Assembly: GCA_001872305.1 (NCBI GenBank) | Contig: MNWF01000023.1 | Coordinates: 1-42,961 of the forward strand | Direction: 5' to 3' | DNA: 42,961 bases | From: Parcubacteria group bacterium CG1_02_40_25 | Lineage (GTDB): Bacteria > Patescibacteriota > Minisyncoccia > Portnoybacterales > CG1-02-40-25 | Part shown: positions 1-7,177 of the stretch, piece by piece | Layout: each line of letters starts with the position of its first letter | Numbering within the stretch: position 1 is the first letter of the stretch | Notes under the pieces: model-generated | Seen by the model: the letters and a program-made list of their open reading frames with translations, nothing else | Database searches by the model: none | Told to the model about the DNA's origin: nothing | Translations under genes and position numbers: made by a program

Positions 1-16
1 ATAAACAGAATGGTAA

Positions 17-52
17 GGTAACCCGCAACTCGTAACTCAAAAACCAAACAAC
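17..52. repeat. Right arm of a short-period hairpin, type A, cut by the window edge
   Basis: ggtaacccgcaactcgtaactcaaaaaccaaacaac is the complement style of the left arm seen at 4533-4569. Confidence 0.5.
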
Positions 53-83
53 TAATTACATTAGTGGAAGGAGGTGATAAAAG

Positions 84-572
84 ATGAAAAAATTATATCG
101 AAAAGGTTTTACCTTGATTGAACTTTTGGTAGTTATCGCTATTATTGGTATTTTAGCTGCTATCGTTTTGGTGTCGTTAAATACTGCTCGGTCTAAAGCC
201 AGAGATACTCGTCGCGCCGCTGACTTGAATCAGGTACAATTGGCTTTAGAAATGTATTATGATAGCAATGGTTCTTATCCGGCTGGCAACGCGGCTTGCG
301 ATTGGACACAGTTAACCGCCGCCATAGTCCCGACCTATATGCCAGCTTTGCCTCTCGATCCTCAAAACGTCAGTCCTTCTATCTATCATTACTGCGTTGG
401 TAATAATCGTTATATTGTAGGTGCTCTTTTGGAGAATAATAATCAATCTGGTCCTCTGGGCGGTGACCTAGACGCTTGTACTAACCTGGGCGCTACTCCG
501 CCAACTGGTTGTACTGCTGCCTCTCCATCATTGGCTGGTTGTGCTGATCCAGTTCTCTGTTTTGGTATTTAG
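84..572 (+). CDS. Type IV pilin / T2SS-type pseudopilin (putative major subunit)
   Basis: N-terminal class III signal KGFTLIELLVVIAIIGILAAIVL (G/F cleavage site, Glu+5, hydrophobic helix). SD ggaaggaggtga at 66-77. Cys-rich C-terminal part. Confidence 0.8.
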   Translation: MKKLYRKGFTLIELLVVIAIIGILAAIVLVSLNTARSKARDTRRAADLNQVQLALEMYYDSNGSYPAGNAACDWTQLTAAIVPTYMPALPLDPQNVSPSIYHYCVGNNRYIVGALLENNNQSGPLGGDLDACTNLGATPPTGCTAASPSLAGCADPVLCFGI

Positions 573-605
573 TTTTTACCCCAATTTCAGTTTTGACCTT
601 TGTTT

Positions 606-743
606 AACCTCGGCGCCACGAAAACTTACCCCTCACCTTTTAAGGAGTATTATTACGGCAAAATTGCTAATACGATACATTGGACGCAAACTAAAAGTTT
701 GTCTCCTTAAAAGGTGAGGGGTGAATTTCAACGCGCCGGGGTT
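606..743. repeat. Long inverted-repeat element (~42-nt arms, ~55-nt loop)
   Basis: acccctcaccttttaaggag (628-647) is exactly complementary to ctccttaaaaggtgaggggt (703-722). The outer arm parts are imperfectly complementary. Confidence 0.8.
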
Positions 744-765
744 AGATATTTGTCTCCCTAGTTAT

Positions 766-845
766 TTGGTTGTTAGGTTAACGGGTTAGCGAGTTGGCGA
801 GTTTTCTAACGAGTTAACGAGTTAACTCGTTAACTCGTTAACCCT
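766..845. repeat. Short-period hairpin type A (8-nt units, GTTAACGA-like)
   Basis: Direct units ggttaacg/ggttagcg/agttggcg, then a perfect 34-nt palindrome at 807-840 (taacgagttaacgagttaactcgttaactcgtta). Ends 2 nt before the pilD ATG. Confidence 0.85.
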
Positions 846-846
846 A

Positions 847-1719
847 ATGTTAGTTTTGTTATTTTTAATTTTTTTATTTGGTTTAATTATTGGCAGTTTT
901 CTTAACGTCGTTATTTTTCGTCTAGGCACTAAAAAATCTGCGCTTAAGGGGCGCTCCTTTTGTCCGCATTGCAAACATACTTTGGCTTGGTATGATTTAA
1001 TCCCGGTTTTAAGTTTTGTTTTTTTAAAAGGCCAGTGCCGTTATTGCGCCAAAAAAATCAGCTGGCAATATCCGTTGGTAGAAATAGCAACCGGATTGTT
1101 GTTTTTGCAAACTTTTGTCTTCGTTAATTTTGTTCGTCATGCTGAATTTATTTCAGCATCCAGTGTCGTGGATTTCGGCTCGGCGACCGAAATGACAACG
1201 CTGATTATTCAATGTGGCCTGTTGTTGGCTGTTGGCAGTTTGTTGATAATCATTTTCGTCTACGATTTAAAACATTATTTAATCCCTGATAAAATTATTT
1301 TTCCAGCCATAGCGATTGCGTTTCTATATCGGATTAGTCTACAGTCTACGGTCTACGGTCTACGGCCAAGCGTAGGTGCTAAGCTGTTAACGCTAACAAC
1401 ATTTTATCCGTTGTTCGCCGCTTTTGGCGCCGCCACCTTTTTTCTGCTATTAGTTTTGATCACCCGCGGTAAAGGTATGGGTATTGGCGATATCAAATTA
1501 GCGTTTTTAATGGGGCTCCTTTTATCTTGGCCGCAAATTACCACCGCCTTATTTATTGCTTTTTTATCTGGCGGCTTGATTGGTTTAGCGTTGATCTTGA
1601 CTCGTAAAAAGAAATTAAAAAGTATGGTGCCCTTTGGCCCTTTTCTGGCCAGTGGCACAATTATCGCGCTTTTTTGGGGAGAAAAAATCATAAACTGGTA
1701 TTGGAAAATACTACTTTAA
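847..1719 (+). CDS. pilD: Prepilin peptidase (A24 aspartic peptidase, PilD-like), carrying two repeat-derived in-frame inserts
   Basis: CPHC...CRYC zinc-type motif, WQYPLVE, GMGIGDIKL aspartyl motif, multiple TM helices. Inserts at 1136-1200 and 1337-1365. Confidence 0.85.
   Translation: MLVLLFLIFLFGLIIGSFLNVVIFRLGTKKSALKGRSFCPHCKHTLAWYDLIPVLSFVFLKGQCRYCAKKISWQYPLVEIATGLLFLQTFVFVNFVRHAEFISASSVVDFGSATEMTTLIIQCGLLLAVGSLLIIIFVYDLKHYLIPDKIIFPAIAIAFLYRISLQSTVYGLRPSVGAKLLTLTTFYPLFAAFGAATFFLLLVLITRGKGMGIGDIKLAFLMGLLLSWPQITTALFIAFLSGGLIGLALILTRKKKLKSMVPFGPFLASGTIIALFWGEKIINWYWKILL
1136..1200. repeat. TGTCAT-element fragment (alpha type) inside the pilD CDS
   Basis: cgtcatgctgaatttatttcagcatccagtg matches the 5' part of the elements at 34342 and 35255. 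Ends in gaaatgacaacg. Translated as RHAEFISASSVVDFGSATEMTT. Confidence 0.7.
1337..1365. repeat. Type B heptamer array (GTCTACA/GTCTACG x4) inside the pilD CDS
   Basis: gtctacagtctacggtctacggtctacgg, translated as LQSTVYGLR. Confidence 0.8.
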
Positions 1720-1726
1720 AATAATT

Positions 1727-1846
1727 TTGTCATTCCGGGTGTCGACCTGGAATCCACGGCATTCCGTCATTCTGAACGTAGTGAAGAATCTTTGGGTCTG
1801 TTATCTAAAACAACCGAGATTCTTCGGCCGCGGCCTCAGAATGACA
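1727..1846. repeat. Composite TGTCAT element (gamma plus delta modules)
   Basis: ttgtcattccgg..ggaatccacgg, then gtcattctgaacgtagtgaagaatc...gattcttc...cagaatgaca. Starts 8 nt after the pilD stop. Confidence 0.8.
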
Positions 1847-1853
1847 GCTATCA

Positions 1854-2378
1854 ATGGAAGTGCAAAATCAAAAAAAGAATGGTTTTACCATCTGGGAGCT
1901 TTTGGTCGTTATGGCGATTATCGGGATTGTCTCGGCCATTGTTTTAGCGCAAAATCAATATTTTAATTCGCGCCGCCAATTGCAAAGAGCGGTGCAAGAG
2001 TTATCAGTTAATATTCGTTGGGCCCAAGGCATGGCCCTGGAAACGCAATTAGCCGGAGGCGTTTTGCCTGCTGGCTATGGAATTTATGTTAAAGATGATA
2101 GCCATTATTTAATTTTTTATAACCTATCATCCGCGGTAAAGACCTATGTCGCGGCCACCAGTCAAACTTTGAAAGAATTTACTTTGCCTTCAGGCATTCC
2201 CCTGATCGGCGGAGTCGGCCAAAATGCTTTTTTTCTAAAACCCAATCCTGATTGTTATATTAACAACAATCCACCGAGCGGTTTCGAAGACAATCTCGAT
2301 ATTATTTTACGGGATAATAAAACAATGACCACGAAAACAATTCGGATTAACGATGGCTGTTTGGTCAAGATTCTATAA
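1854..2378 (+). CDS. Minor pilin / pseudopilin with prepilin-type N-terminus
   Basis: NGFTIWELLVVMAIIGIVSAIVL prepilin motif. Located in the pilin cluster. Confidence 0.7.
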   Translation: MEVQNQKKNGFTIWELLVVMAIIGIVSAIVLAQNQYFNSRRQLQRAVQELSVNIRWAQGMALETQLAGGVLPAGYGIYVKDDSHYLIFYNLSSAVKTYVAATSQTLKEFTLPSGIPLIGGVGQNAFFLKPNPDCYINNNPPSGFEDNLDIILRDNKTMTTKTIRINDGCLVKIL

Positions 2379-2401
2379 TTGCGATAATTATAATAATTAA
2401 C

Positions 2402-2516
2402 CTAATTATTCTAAGAAAACCCTAAGCCCCAATGATCAATTTCTAAATTAATTTTGATAAGTAATAAAATTTGGTCATTGGGATTTTGGTCATTGGTCAT
2501 CATTTAGAATAATTAG
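2402..2516. repeat. Short-period hairpin (7-nt units GGTCATT-like) between pseudopilin genes
   Basis: Outer 13-nt perfect inverted repeat ctaattattctaa (2402-2414) / ttagaataattag (2504-2516). Inner ccccaatgatcaa versus the ggtcatt gggattt tggtcat tggtcat array. Confidence 0.7.
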
Positions 2517-2533
2517 AAATTTTTCTTGGTTTT

Positions 2534-3163
2534 ATGATATTTAATATCAAAAAAAATGAAGGGTTTACTCTTTTAGAGGTTATTTTCGCGATCACGATTA
2601 TCGTAATTGCTGTGCTTGCTATTTTTGGTTTAGTTAATTTGGGGGTAAAAAATATTGGCGTGGCCAAGAATAAACTTATTGCCAGCGAATTAGCCCAAGA
2701 GGGCATAGAATTAGTGCGTTGGTGGCGAGAAGATGGCCATGTTGATAATTGGACCGACTGGTATGATCCTATTTGCATTAATGGAAATTACACCCCCGCA
2801 CAAGTTTGCGGTAACTTTCGTTTTGGCGTTAACCAGCCGACTAATCCAGTTGATATTGATATAATAACTAATGCTACTTGGGGTGGCGTGGGTGCGGCAA
2901 TGCCAAGAATTGGTACCGAAATTAATAGTATTAGCGATATCCCGAGCTTTTTTCAATTACGTTATAATGCTGTGAGCAAATTATATAATTACGATAATGG
3001 CACTTTTACTAACTTTTTTCGGATTATCAATATTTCATCTCCTTCTGTTGTCCCTGCTGATCTTGGGTATAAATTGGTAACTGTTCAAGTTATTTGGCAA
3101 GATCGGGCGGGTCTAAAATCAGTTCAAGTTTATGATAAATTATATAATTGGATGGCGCCGTAA
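2534..3163 (+). CDS. Minor pilin / pseudopilin with prepilin-type N-terminus
   Basis: EGFTLLEVIFAITIIVIAVLAIF prepilin motif. Confidence 0.7.
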   Translation: MIFNIKKNEGFTLLEVIFAITIIVIAVLAIFGLVNLGVKNIGVAKNKLIASELAQEGIELVRWWREDGHVDNWTDWYDPICINGNYTPAQVCGNFRFGVNQPTNPVDIDIITNATWGGVGAAMPRIGTEINSISDIPSFFQLRYNAVSKLYNYDNGTFTNFFRIINISSPSVVPADLGYKLVTVQVIWQDRAGLKSVQVYDKLYNWMAP

Positions 3164-3178
3164 TTAGGTGTTCGTGGA

Positions 3179-3275
3179 GTCGTCATGCTGAATACATGTT
3201 GCGGACAGTACCTTCGGTTTATTTCAACATCCACGTCGTTAATACTGGACCCTGAAATTAGTTCAGGATGACAAC
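3179..3275. repeat. TGTCAT element, alpha type (inverted orientation)
   Basis: The reverse complement aligns along its length with 34342-34447 (ttgtcat.ctgaa...tccagt...aaccgaaggtactg...catgtattcag.atgacg). Confidence 0.8.
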
Positions 3276-3298
3276 GAGAGACAATAATTTTTTTACCA

Positions 3299-3850
3299 AT
3301 GACGTTTAATAACAAAAAACTTATTTGTAGGTCTACACTAACGGGTTTTACCTTAATAGAAATGCTTGTCGCTTTAGCGATTTTTTCTATTGTGGTAACG
3401 GTAATGCTGTCAGTAACGATTTCTTTGGTTAAAGCCCAACGCAAAACGCAAAATTTACAATTGGTCCATGATAGCGCACGCTACTCTATAGAAATGATGG
3501 CTAAAGAAATTAGAATGTCTAAAATTATTGATGTTAGAGTGGTAGGCGGCCCCCATTTTATATATGAATTAACGATTCAGCGTTTAGACGATCTGGGTAA
3601 TAATATTGTTTATCATTTTTATAATGATTCTGCGAGTAAACCAGGGATTTTAGCTCGCGACAGGGGCGCTGATACCCGTGATTTAAATGATATAACCAAA
3701 GTGGATATTAGAGGTTATTTTTATCCTTTAAGCGGCACCCCGGGCAAGCGATTAACAATTGTTTTAAGGGCAGAGTCAGTTGGCGCGCGTGCCGGTGAAG
3801 GAGCGATAATTGATTTGCAAACTACAGTTACCTCGCGTAGTTACGAATAA
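3299..3850 (+). CDS. Minor pilin / pseudopilin (PilW/GspJ-like architecture)
   Basis: TGFTLIEMLVALAIFSIVV prepilin motif followed by a globular domain. Confidence 0.7.
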   Translation: MTFNNKKLICRSTLTGFTLIEMLVALAIFSIVVTVMLSVTISLVKAQRKTQNLQLVHDSARYSIEMMAKEIRMSKIIDVRVVGGPHFIYELTIQRLDDLGNNIVYHFYNDSASKPGILARDRGADTRDLNDITKVDIRGYFYPLSGTPGKRLTIVLRAESVGARAGEGAIIDLQTTVTSRSYE

Positions 3851-3859
3851 TCAAAATAA

Positions 3860-3923
3860 TTGTCATTCCGGCCATTGAGCCGGAAGCCACGGTGTGGATG
3901 CCGAAATGAGTTCAGCACGACAG
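3860..3923. repeat. TGTCAT element, gamma type
   Basis: ttgtcattccggcc....gccggaagccacggtgtggatgccgaaatgagttcagc. A near copy lies at 4377-4460. Confidence 0.75.
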
Positions 3924-3941
3924 TAGCATCGTTCTATAATT

Positions 3942-4331
3942 ATGATTTTAAAAAAAATATTCAATTTAATTCATAATCAACAAGGCGCGGCCGCGCTTTT
4001 GTTGACTGTAGTTTTATTAACTGGACTTTTGGCGATCGGTTTAACAGTCGGCCTAGTGATGATTACTGAAACCAAATTAAGTATTGGTTCTGGGGATTCG
4101 GTGGTAGCTTATTACGCGGCAGAATCTGGCGTGGAACACGCTTTATATAAAATACGTAATGGCGACTGGATGGTTTCCCAGCCACTAACTCACTATTCTT
4201 TAACGCCCGTCATTACAAATGTAAGTTATGATTTACAATATATTTATGCCCCTTTGCTTGTGCCCAGCAGTAATATCAGTTCAACCGGGGTTTTTCATAC
4301 GGCAGCGCGTTTGATTGTTTCTTCGTGGTAA
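3942..4331 (+). CDS. Putative PilX/GspK-like minor pilus component (no canonical G-F-T-L-x-E site)
   Basis: N-terminal QQGAAALLLTVVLLTGLLAIGL hydrophobic segment typical of PilX-N-like proteins. Last gene before the terminator at 4475-4508. Confidence 0.45.
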   Translation: MILKKIFNLIHNQQGAAALLLTVVLLTGLLAIGLTVGLVMITETKLSIGSGDSVVAYYAAESGVEHALYKIRNGDWMVSQPLTHYSLTPVITNVSYDLQYIYAPLLVPSSNISSTGVFHTAARLIVSSW

Positions 4332-4376
4332 TGTTAATTGGTTTCAGTCATAAGAGTGTAGATGGGTCTTCGTAAT

Positions 4377-4460
4377 TTGTCATTCCGGCCGCCGGGCCGG
4401 AATCCACGGTGTGGATGCCGAAACTAGTTCAGCGCCCTAACGGGTATCTTCGACATGACA
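4377..4460. repeat. TGTCAT element, gamma type with an extra 3' module
   Basis: ttgtcattccggccgccgggccggaatccacggtgtggatgccgaaactagttcagcgccctaacgggtatcttcgacatgacaa. The 3' module recurs inverted at 38731-38771 and partly at 21049-21064. Confidence 0.8.
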
Positions 4461-4474
4461 ATGTTGAGTGTAAG

Positions 4475-4508
4475 CCAGTTTCCCAGTTCCAAAACTGGAT
4501 TTTTTTAT
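4475..4508 (+). terminator. Rho-independent terminator closing the pilin gene cluster
   Basis: ccagtt (4475-4480 or 4483-4488) / aactgg (4493-4498) followed by a T-rich run (4500-4506). Confidence 0.7.
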
Positions 4509-4532
4509 TATCAAGAGCTATAATAGAGAATC

Positions 4533-4602
4533 GGTTGTTTGGTTGCGGGTTATGAGTTGCGAGTTACGACGAATTTAACCTGTACCTCGTAACTGAAAAA
4601 CT
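4533..4602. repeat. Short-period hairpin type A (7-nt spacing here) directly upstream of the ligA ATG
   Basis: gttgcgg gttatga gttgcga gttacga left array; cctcgtaactgaaaaact right arm. Confidence 0.75.
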
Positions 4603-6693
4603 ATGGTTAAGCAACAAGTCCAACAACGTATTTTGGTATTGCGAAAAGCGATTAATCACCATCGTTATCTTTATCATGTTTTAGACAAGCAGGAAATTGA
4701 TGATGCCGCTTTTGATTCTTTAAAGCACGAACTTTGGCAATTGGAACAGCAATTTCCTGATTTAACGACGCTGGATTCACCTACTCAAAGAGTTGGTGGC
4801 GAACCATTAGATAAATTTATTAAAGTTCAACACCAAACGCCGATGTTTTCTTTAGAAGATGTTTTTTCTTTTGAAGAATTGGTTGACTGGGAAAAGCGGA
4901 TTAAAAAAATGGTGCTACCCCCTAATCGGTCCCTCCCCCTCGTGAAGGGGGCGGGTTGGGGAGGGGGACAGTTAGATTATTTCGTGGAATTAAAAATAGA
5001 TGGTTTTGCGGTTGCCTTGATTTATGAAAAAGGAATTTTACAAACAGGTGCCACCAGAGGCAATGGTAAAGTTGGTGAAGATGTAACCCAAAATTTAAAA
5101 ACCATTGAATCAATTCCCTTGCAATTACGTCGTCCGTCAGAAAAAGAATTAGTAGGCGCGGGGTTGTCGCAAGTCATATCCTTAGCAAAAATTTTTAATA
5201 GCCGTTTTGAAGTGCGTGGTGAAGTGGTAATGATTAAAAAAATTTTTGAACAAATTAATGCTAAGCGCCGTCAAAAAAATCAAGCGCTTTATGCTAATCC
5301 GCGAAATACCGCGGCTGGCTCCATTAGGCAGTTAAATCCTAAAATTGCCGCGTCGCGTCATTTGGAGTTTTTGTCTTATGATATTGTTTCTGGCGTTGGT
5401 CAAGAATTACATAGCCAGGAGCATTTATTATTACCATTTTTAGGGTTCAAAGTTGATAAACATTTTGAAAAATGTTCGGATTTAGAAAACGCGCGTCTAT
5501 TTCATCAAAAAATTAATAAAATTCGTGATGGCTTGCCATATCAAATTGACGGTTTGGTAGTATCAGTTGATGATAATGAGATTTTTGTTAAATTGGGCGT
5601 AGCCGGTAAAGCGCCCCGAGGCGCCATTGCTTATAAATTTCCGGGCAAGCAAGCAACCACGATAGTAGAAAAAATTATTTTGAGCATCGGCCGTACTGGC
5701 GCGTTAACGCCAGTAGCGATTTTGAAATCAGTCAAAGTTGGTGGCACGATGATATCTCGGGCAACGCTTCATAATGTCGACGAGATTAAACGATTAGATG
5801 TGCGGTCCGGCGACACGGTGGTTATTCAACGCGCTGGAGACGTCATCCCAGATGTTGTCTCGGTGATTAAAGAATTAAGACCTAAAAATACTACGGAATT
5901 TAAGATGCCGGCGCGTTGCCCGGTTTGCAATTCGCCAGTTGTTCGCGCTAAAGGCGAAGTGATCTATCGTTGTGGCAATTTAAAATGTGGAGCGATTCTT
6001 AAAGAACAATTTTATCATTTTGTTTCGCGCCACGCCTTTGATATTGTTGGTTTGGGCCCAAAGATTATTGATCAATTAATGGATAGTGGTTTAATTATTG
6101 ATGTAGCTGATATTTTTAAATTAACCGAGGGCGATTTAGTGTCCTTAGAACGTTTCGCCGCCAAATCAGCTAAAAATTTAGTTTTAGCTATTAATCGTAG
6201 CAAGCAGATTGCCTTGAGCCGGTTCATTTATGCTCTGGGCATTCGCCATGTGGGTGAAGAAACGGCCACGGATTTAGCTGTTCGATTTGGTTCTTTGTCT
6301 GCCTTACAACGTACCACGCTTGATAATTTGCGGTTAGTTCGTGATATTGGCGAAGTTGTGGCTAAAAGTATCGTTGACTATTTTAGCAATAAGCGTAATT
6401 TAAATTTAATTGATAAATTATTAGCCGCGGGAGTTAAGATTAAAAGTGAGCCCAAAAAAATCGGTCAGAGATTAGCCGATCAGTCATTTGTGTTTACTGG
6501 TGAATTAGTTAAAATGTCGCGGGACCAGGCCAAAAATAAAGTTCGCGCTTTAGGTGGCGATATTTCAGAATCAGTTAGCCGGCAAGCTGATTTTGTGGTA
6601 GCGGGGCTAAATCCGGGGACCAAATATCAGAAGGCTAAAAAACTTGGCGTAAAAATAATTGACGAAAAGGAATTTTTAAACATGATTTTCTAA
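4603..6693 (+). CDS. ligA: NAD-dependent DNA ligase LigA with a repeat-derived insert just upstream of the KxDG motif
   Basis: ELKIDG adenylation motif, ATRGNG, four-Cys zinc finger CPVCNS...CGNLKC, HhH region, C-terminal BRCT (FVFTGEL). Confidence 0.95.
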   Translation: MVKQQVQQRILVLRKAINHHRYLYHVLDKQEIDDAAFDSLKHELWQLEQQFPDLTTLDSPTQRVGGEPLDKFIKVQHQTPMFSLEDVFSFEELVDWEKRIKKMVLPPNRSLPLVKGAGWGGGQLDYFVELKIDGFAVALIYEKGILQTGATRGNGKVGEDVTQNLKTIESIPLQLRRPSEKELVGAGLSQVISLAKIFNSRFEVRGEVVMIKKIFEQINAKRRQKNQALYANPRNTAAGSIRQLNPKIAASRHLEFLSYDIVSGVGQELHSQEHLLLPFLGFKVDKHFEKCSDLENARLFHQKINKIRDGLPYQIDGLVVSVDDNEIFVKLGVAGKAPRGAIAYKFPGKQATTIVEKIILSIGRTGALTPVAILKSVKVGGTMISRATLHNVDEIKRLDVRSGDTVVIQRAGDVIPDVVSVIKELRPKNTTEFKMPARCPVCNSPVVRAKGEVIYRCGNLKCGAILKEQFYHFVSRHAFDIVGLGPKIIDQLMDSGLIIDVADIFKLTEGDLVSLERFAAKSAKNLVLAINRSKQIALSRFIYALGIRHVGEETATDLAVRFGSLSALQRTTLDNLRLVRDIGEVVAKSIVDYFSNKRNLNLIDKLLAAGVKIKSEPKKIGQRLADQSFVFTGELVKMSRDQAKNKVRALGGDISESVSRQADFVVAGLNPGTKYQKAKKLGVKIIDEKEFLNMIF
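4918..4970. repeat. G/C-rich nested palindrome inside the ligA CDS
   Basis: tccctccccctcgtgaagggggcgggttggggaggggga, with ccccc/ggggg and ccctcccc/ggggaggg pairings. Translated as PPNRSLPLVKGAGWGGGQ. Confidence 0.75.
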
Positions 6694-6748
6694 TTGTCAT
6701 TTTGAACGCAGTGAAGAACCTTATTGTCAGGGTGTTTTAAGATGACAA
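6694..6748. repeat. TGTCAT element, delta type (short)
   Basis: ttgtcattttgaacgcagtgaagaacc....aagatgacaa. Begins at the first base after the ligA stop codon. Confidence 0.7.
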
Positions 6749-6778
6749 TAAGGCAATAGTGTGTTAAACTTTTAATCT

Positions 6779-7078
6779 ATGGGGAATAATAAGAATCAAA
6801 TATCTATTGAGGAAGTTGGGCGAGTCGCTCAATTGGCGCGTATTGAATTAACATCAGCAGAAAAAGAAAAATTTAGCCGAGATTTATCGGCTATTTTGGA
6901 TTATGTAGACCAGTTAGATGAAATTGACGTTTCAACTGTCGCGCCAACCAGCCAAGTGACAGGTTTGAAAAATGTTTTGCGTCAAGATGTGGTTGTCGGT
7001 TTCGATCAGGCGCAACTTTTAGTTAGGTTAGCGTCAACCAGTCAGGAAAATTATATAAAAGTTAAATCGGTTTTTTGA
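6779..7078 (+). CDS. gatC: Asp/Glu-tRNA(Asn/Gln) amidotransferase subunit C
   Basis: VAQLARIELTSAEKEKFSRDLSAILDYVDQLDEIDV is typical GatC. Directly upstream of gatA. Confidence 0.85.
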   Translation: MGNNKNQISIEEVGRVAQLARIELTSAEKEKFSRDLSAILDYVDQLDEIDVSTVAPTSQVTGLKNVLRQDVVVGFDQAQLLVRLASTSQENYIKVKSVF

Positions 7079-7080
7079 TG

Positions 7081-7170
7081 AATCGGTTATTCGGTTAACG
7101 GGTTATTGTGTTAACGGGTTGTTTACTGCAAACTCGTTAACTCGTTAACCCGCTAACTGATTAACTGAAT
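7081..7170. repeat. Short-period hairpin type A between gatC and gatA
   Basis: Left arm ggttattc ggttaacg ggttattg tgttaacg ggtt. Right arm aactcgttaactcgttaacccgctaactgattaactgaa. Confidence 0.85.
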
Positions 7171-7177
7171 TTATGTT

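Noticed and set aside
1404-1691. Antisense or overlapping ORFs nested in conserved genes: 1404-1691(-), 2500-2778(-), 2711-2956(-), 3130-3444(-), 4922-5113(-), 7189-7440(-), 8296-8580(-), 8752-8952(-), 10669-10878(+), 13228-13437(-), 13611-13817(-), 14982-15179(-), 15889-16167(-), 16851-17033(-), 17375-17566(-), 17648-17836(-), 17902-18087(+), 18356-18685(-), 18851-19064 (both strands), 21190-21450(+), 22259-23312 (several, +), 23574-23876(+), 25036-25230(-), 26832-27073 (both strands), 28798-29004(+), 30225-30857 (several, +), 32250-32499(-), 33411-33593(-), 35533-35715(-), 36126-36323(+), 37209-37779 (two, -), 39045-39260(-), 40165-40383(-), 42730-42930(+).
   Set aside because: Each lies inside or opposite a gene with clear family motifs. 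Each has skewed, low-complexity or Cys/Phe-rich composition and lacks an SD. They are typical shadow ORFs.
1727-1966. 79-aa ORF (MSFRVSTWNPRHSVILNVVKNLW...) between pilD and the pseudopilin gene.
   Set aside because: It is a literal translation of the composite TGTCAT repeat (1727-1846), then runs out of frame into the real pseudopilin gene that starts at 1854.
3935-3944. TATAAT at 3935-3940 as a leaderless-mRNA promoter for the 3942 ORF.
   Set aside because: The ATG begins only 1 nt after the hexamer, too close for transcription to start at the ATG. The gene is more likely co-transcribed with the upstream pilin genes.
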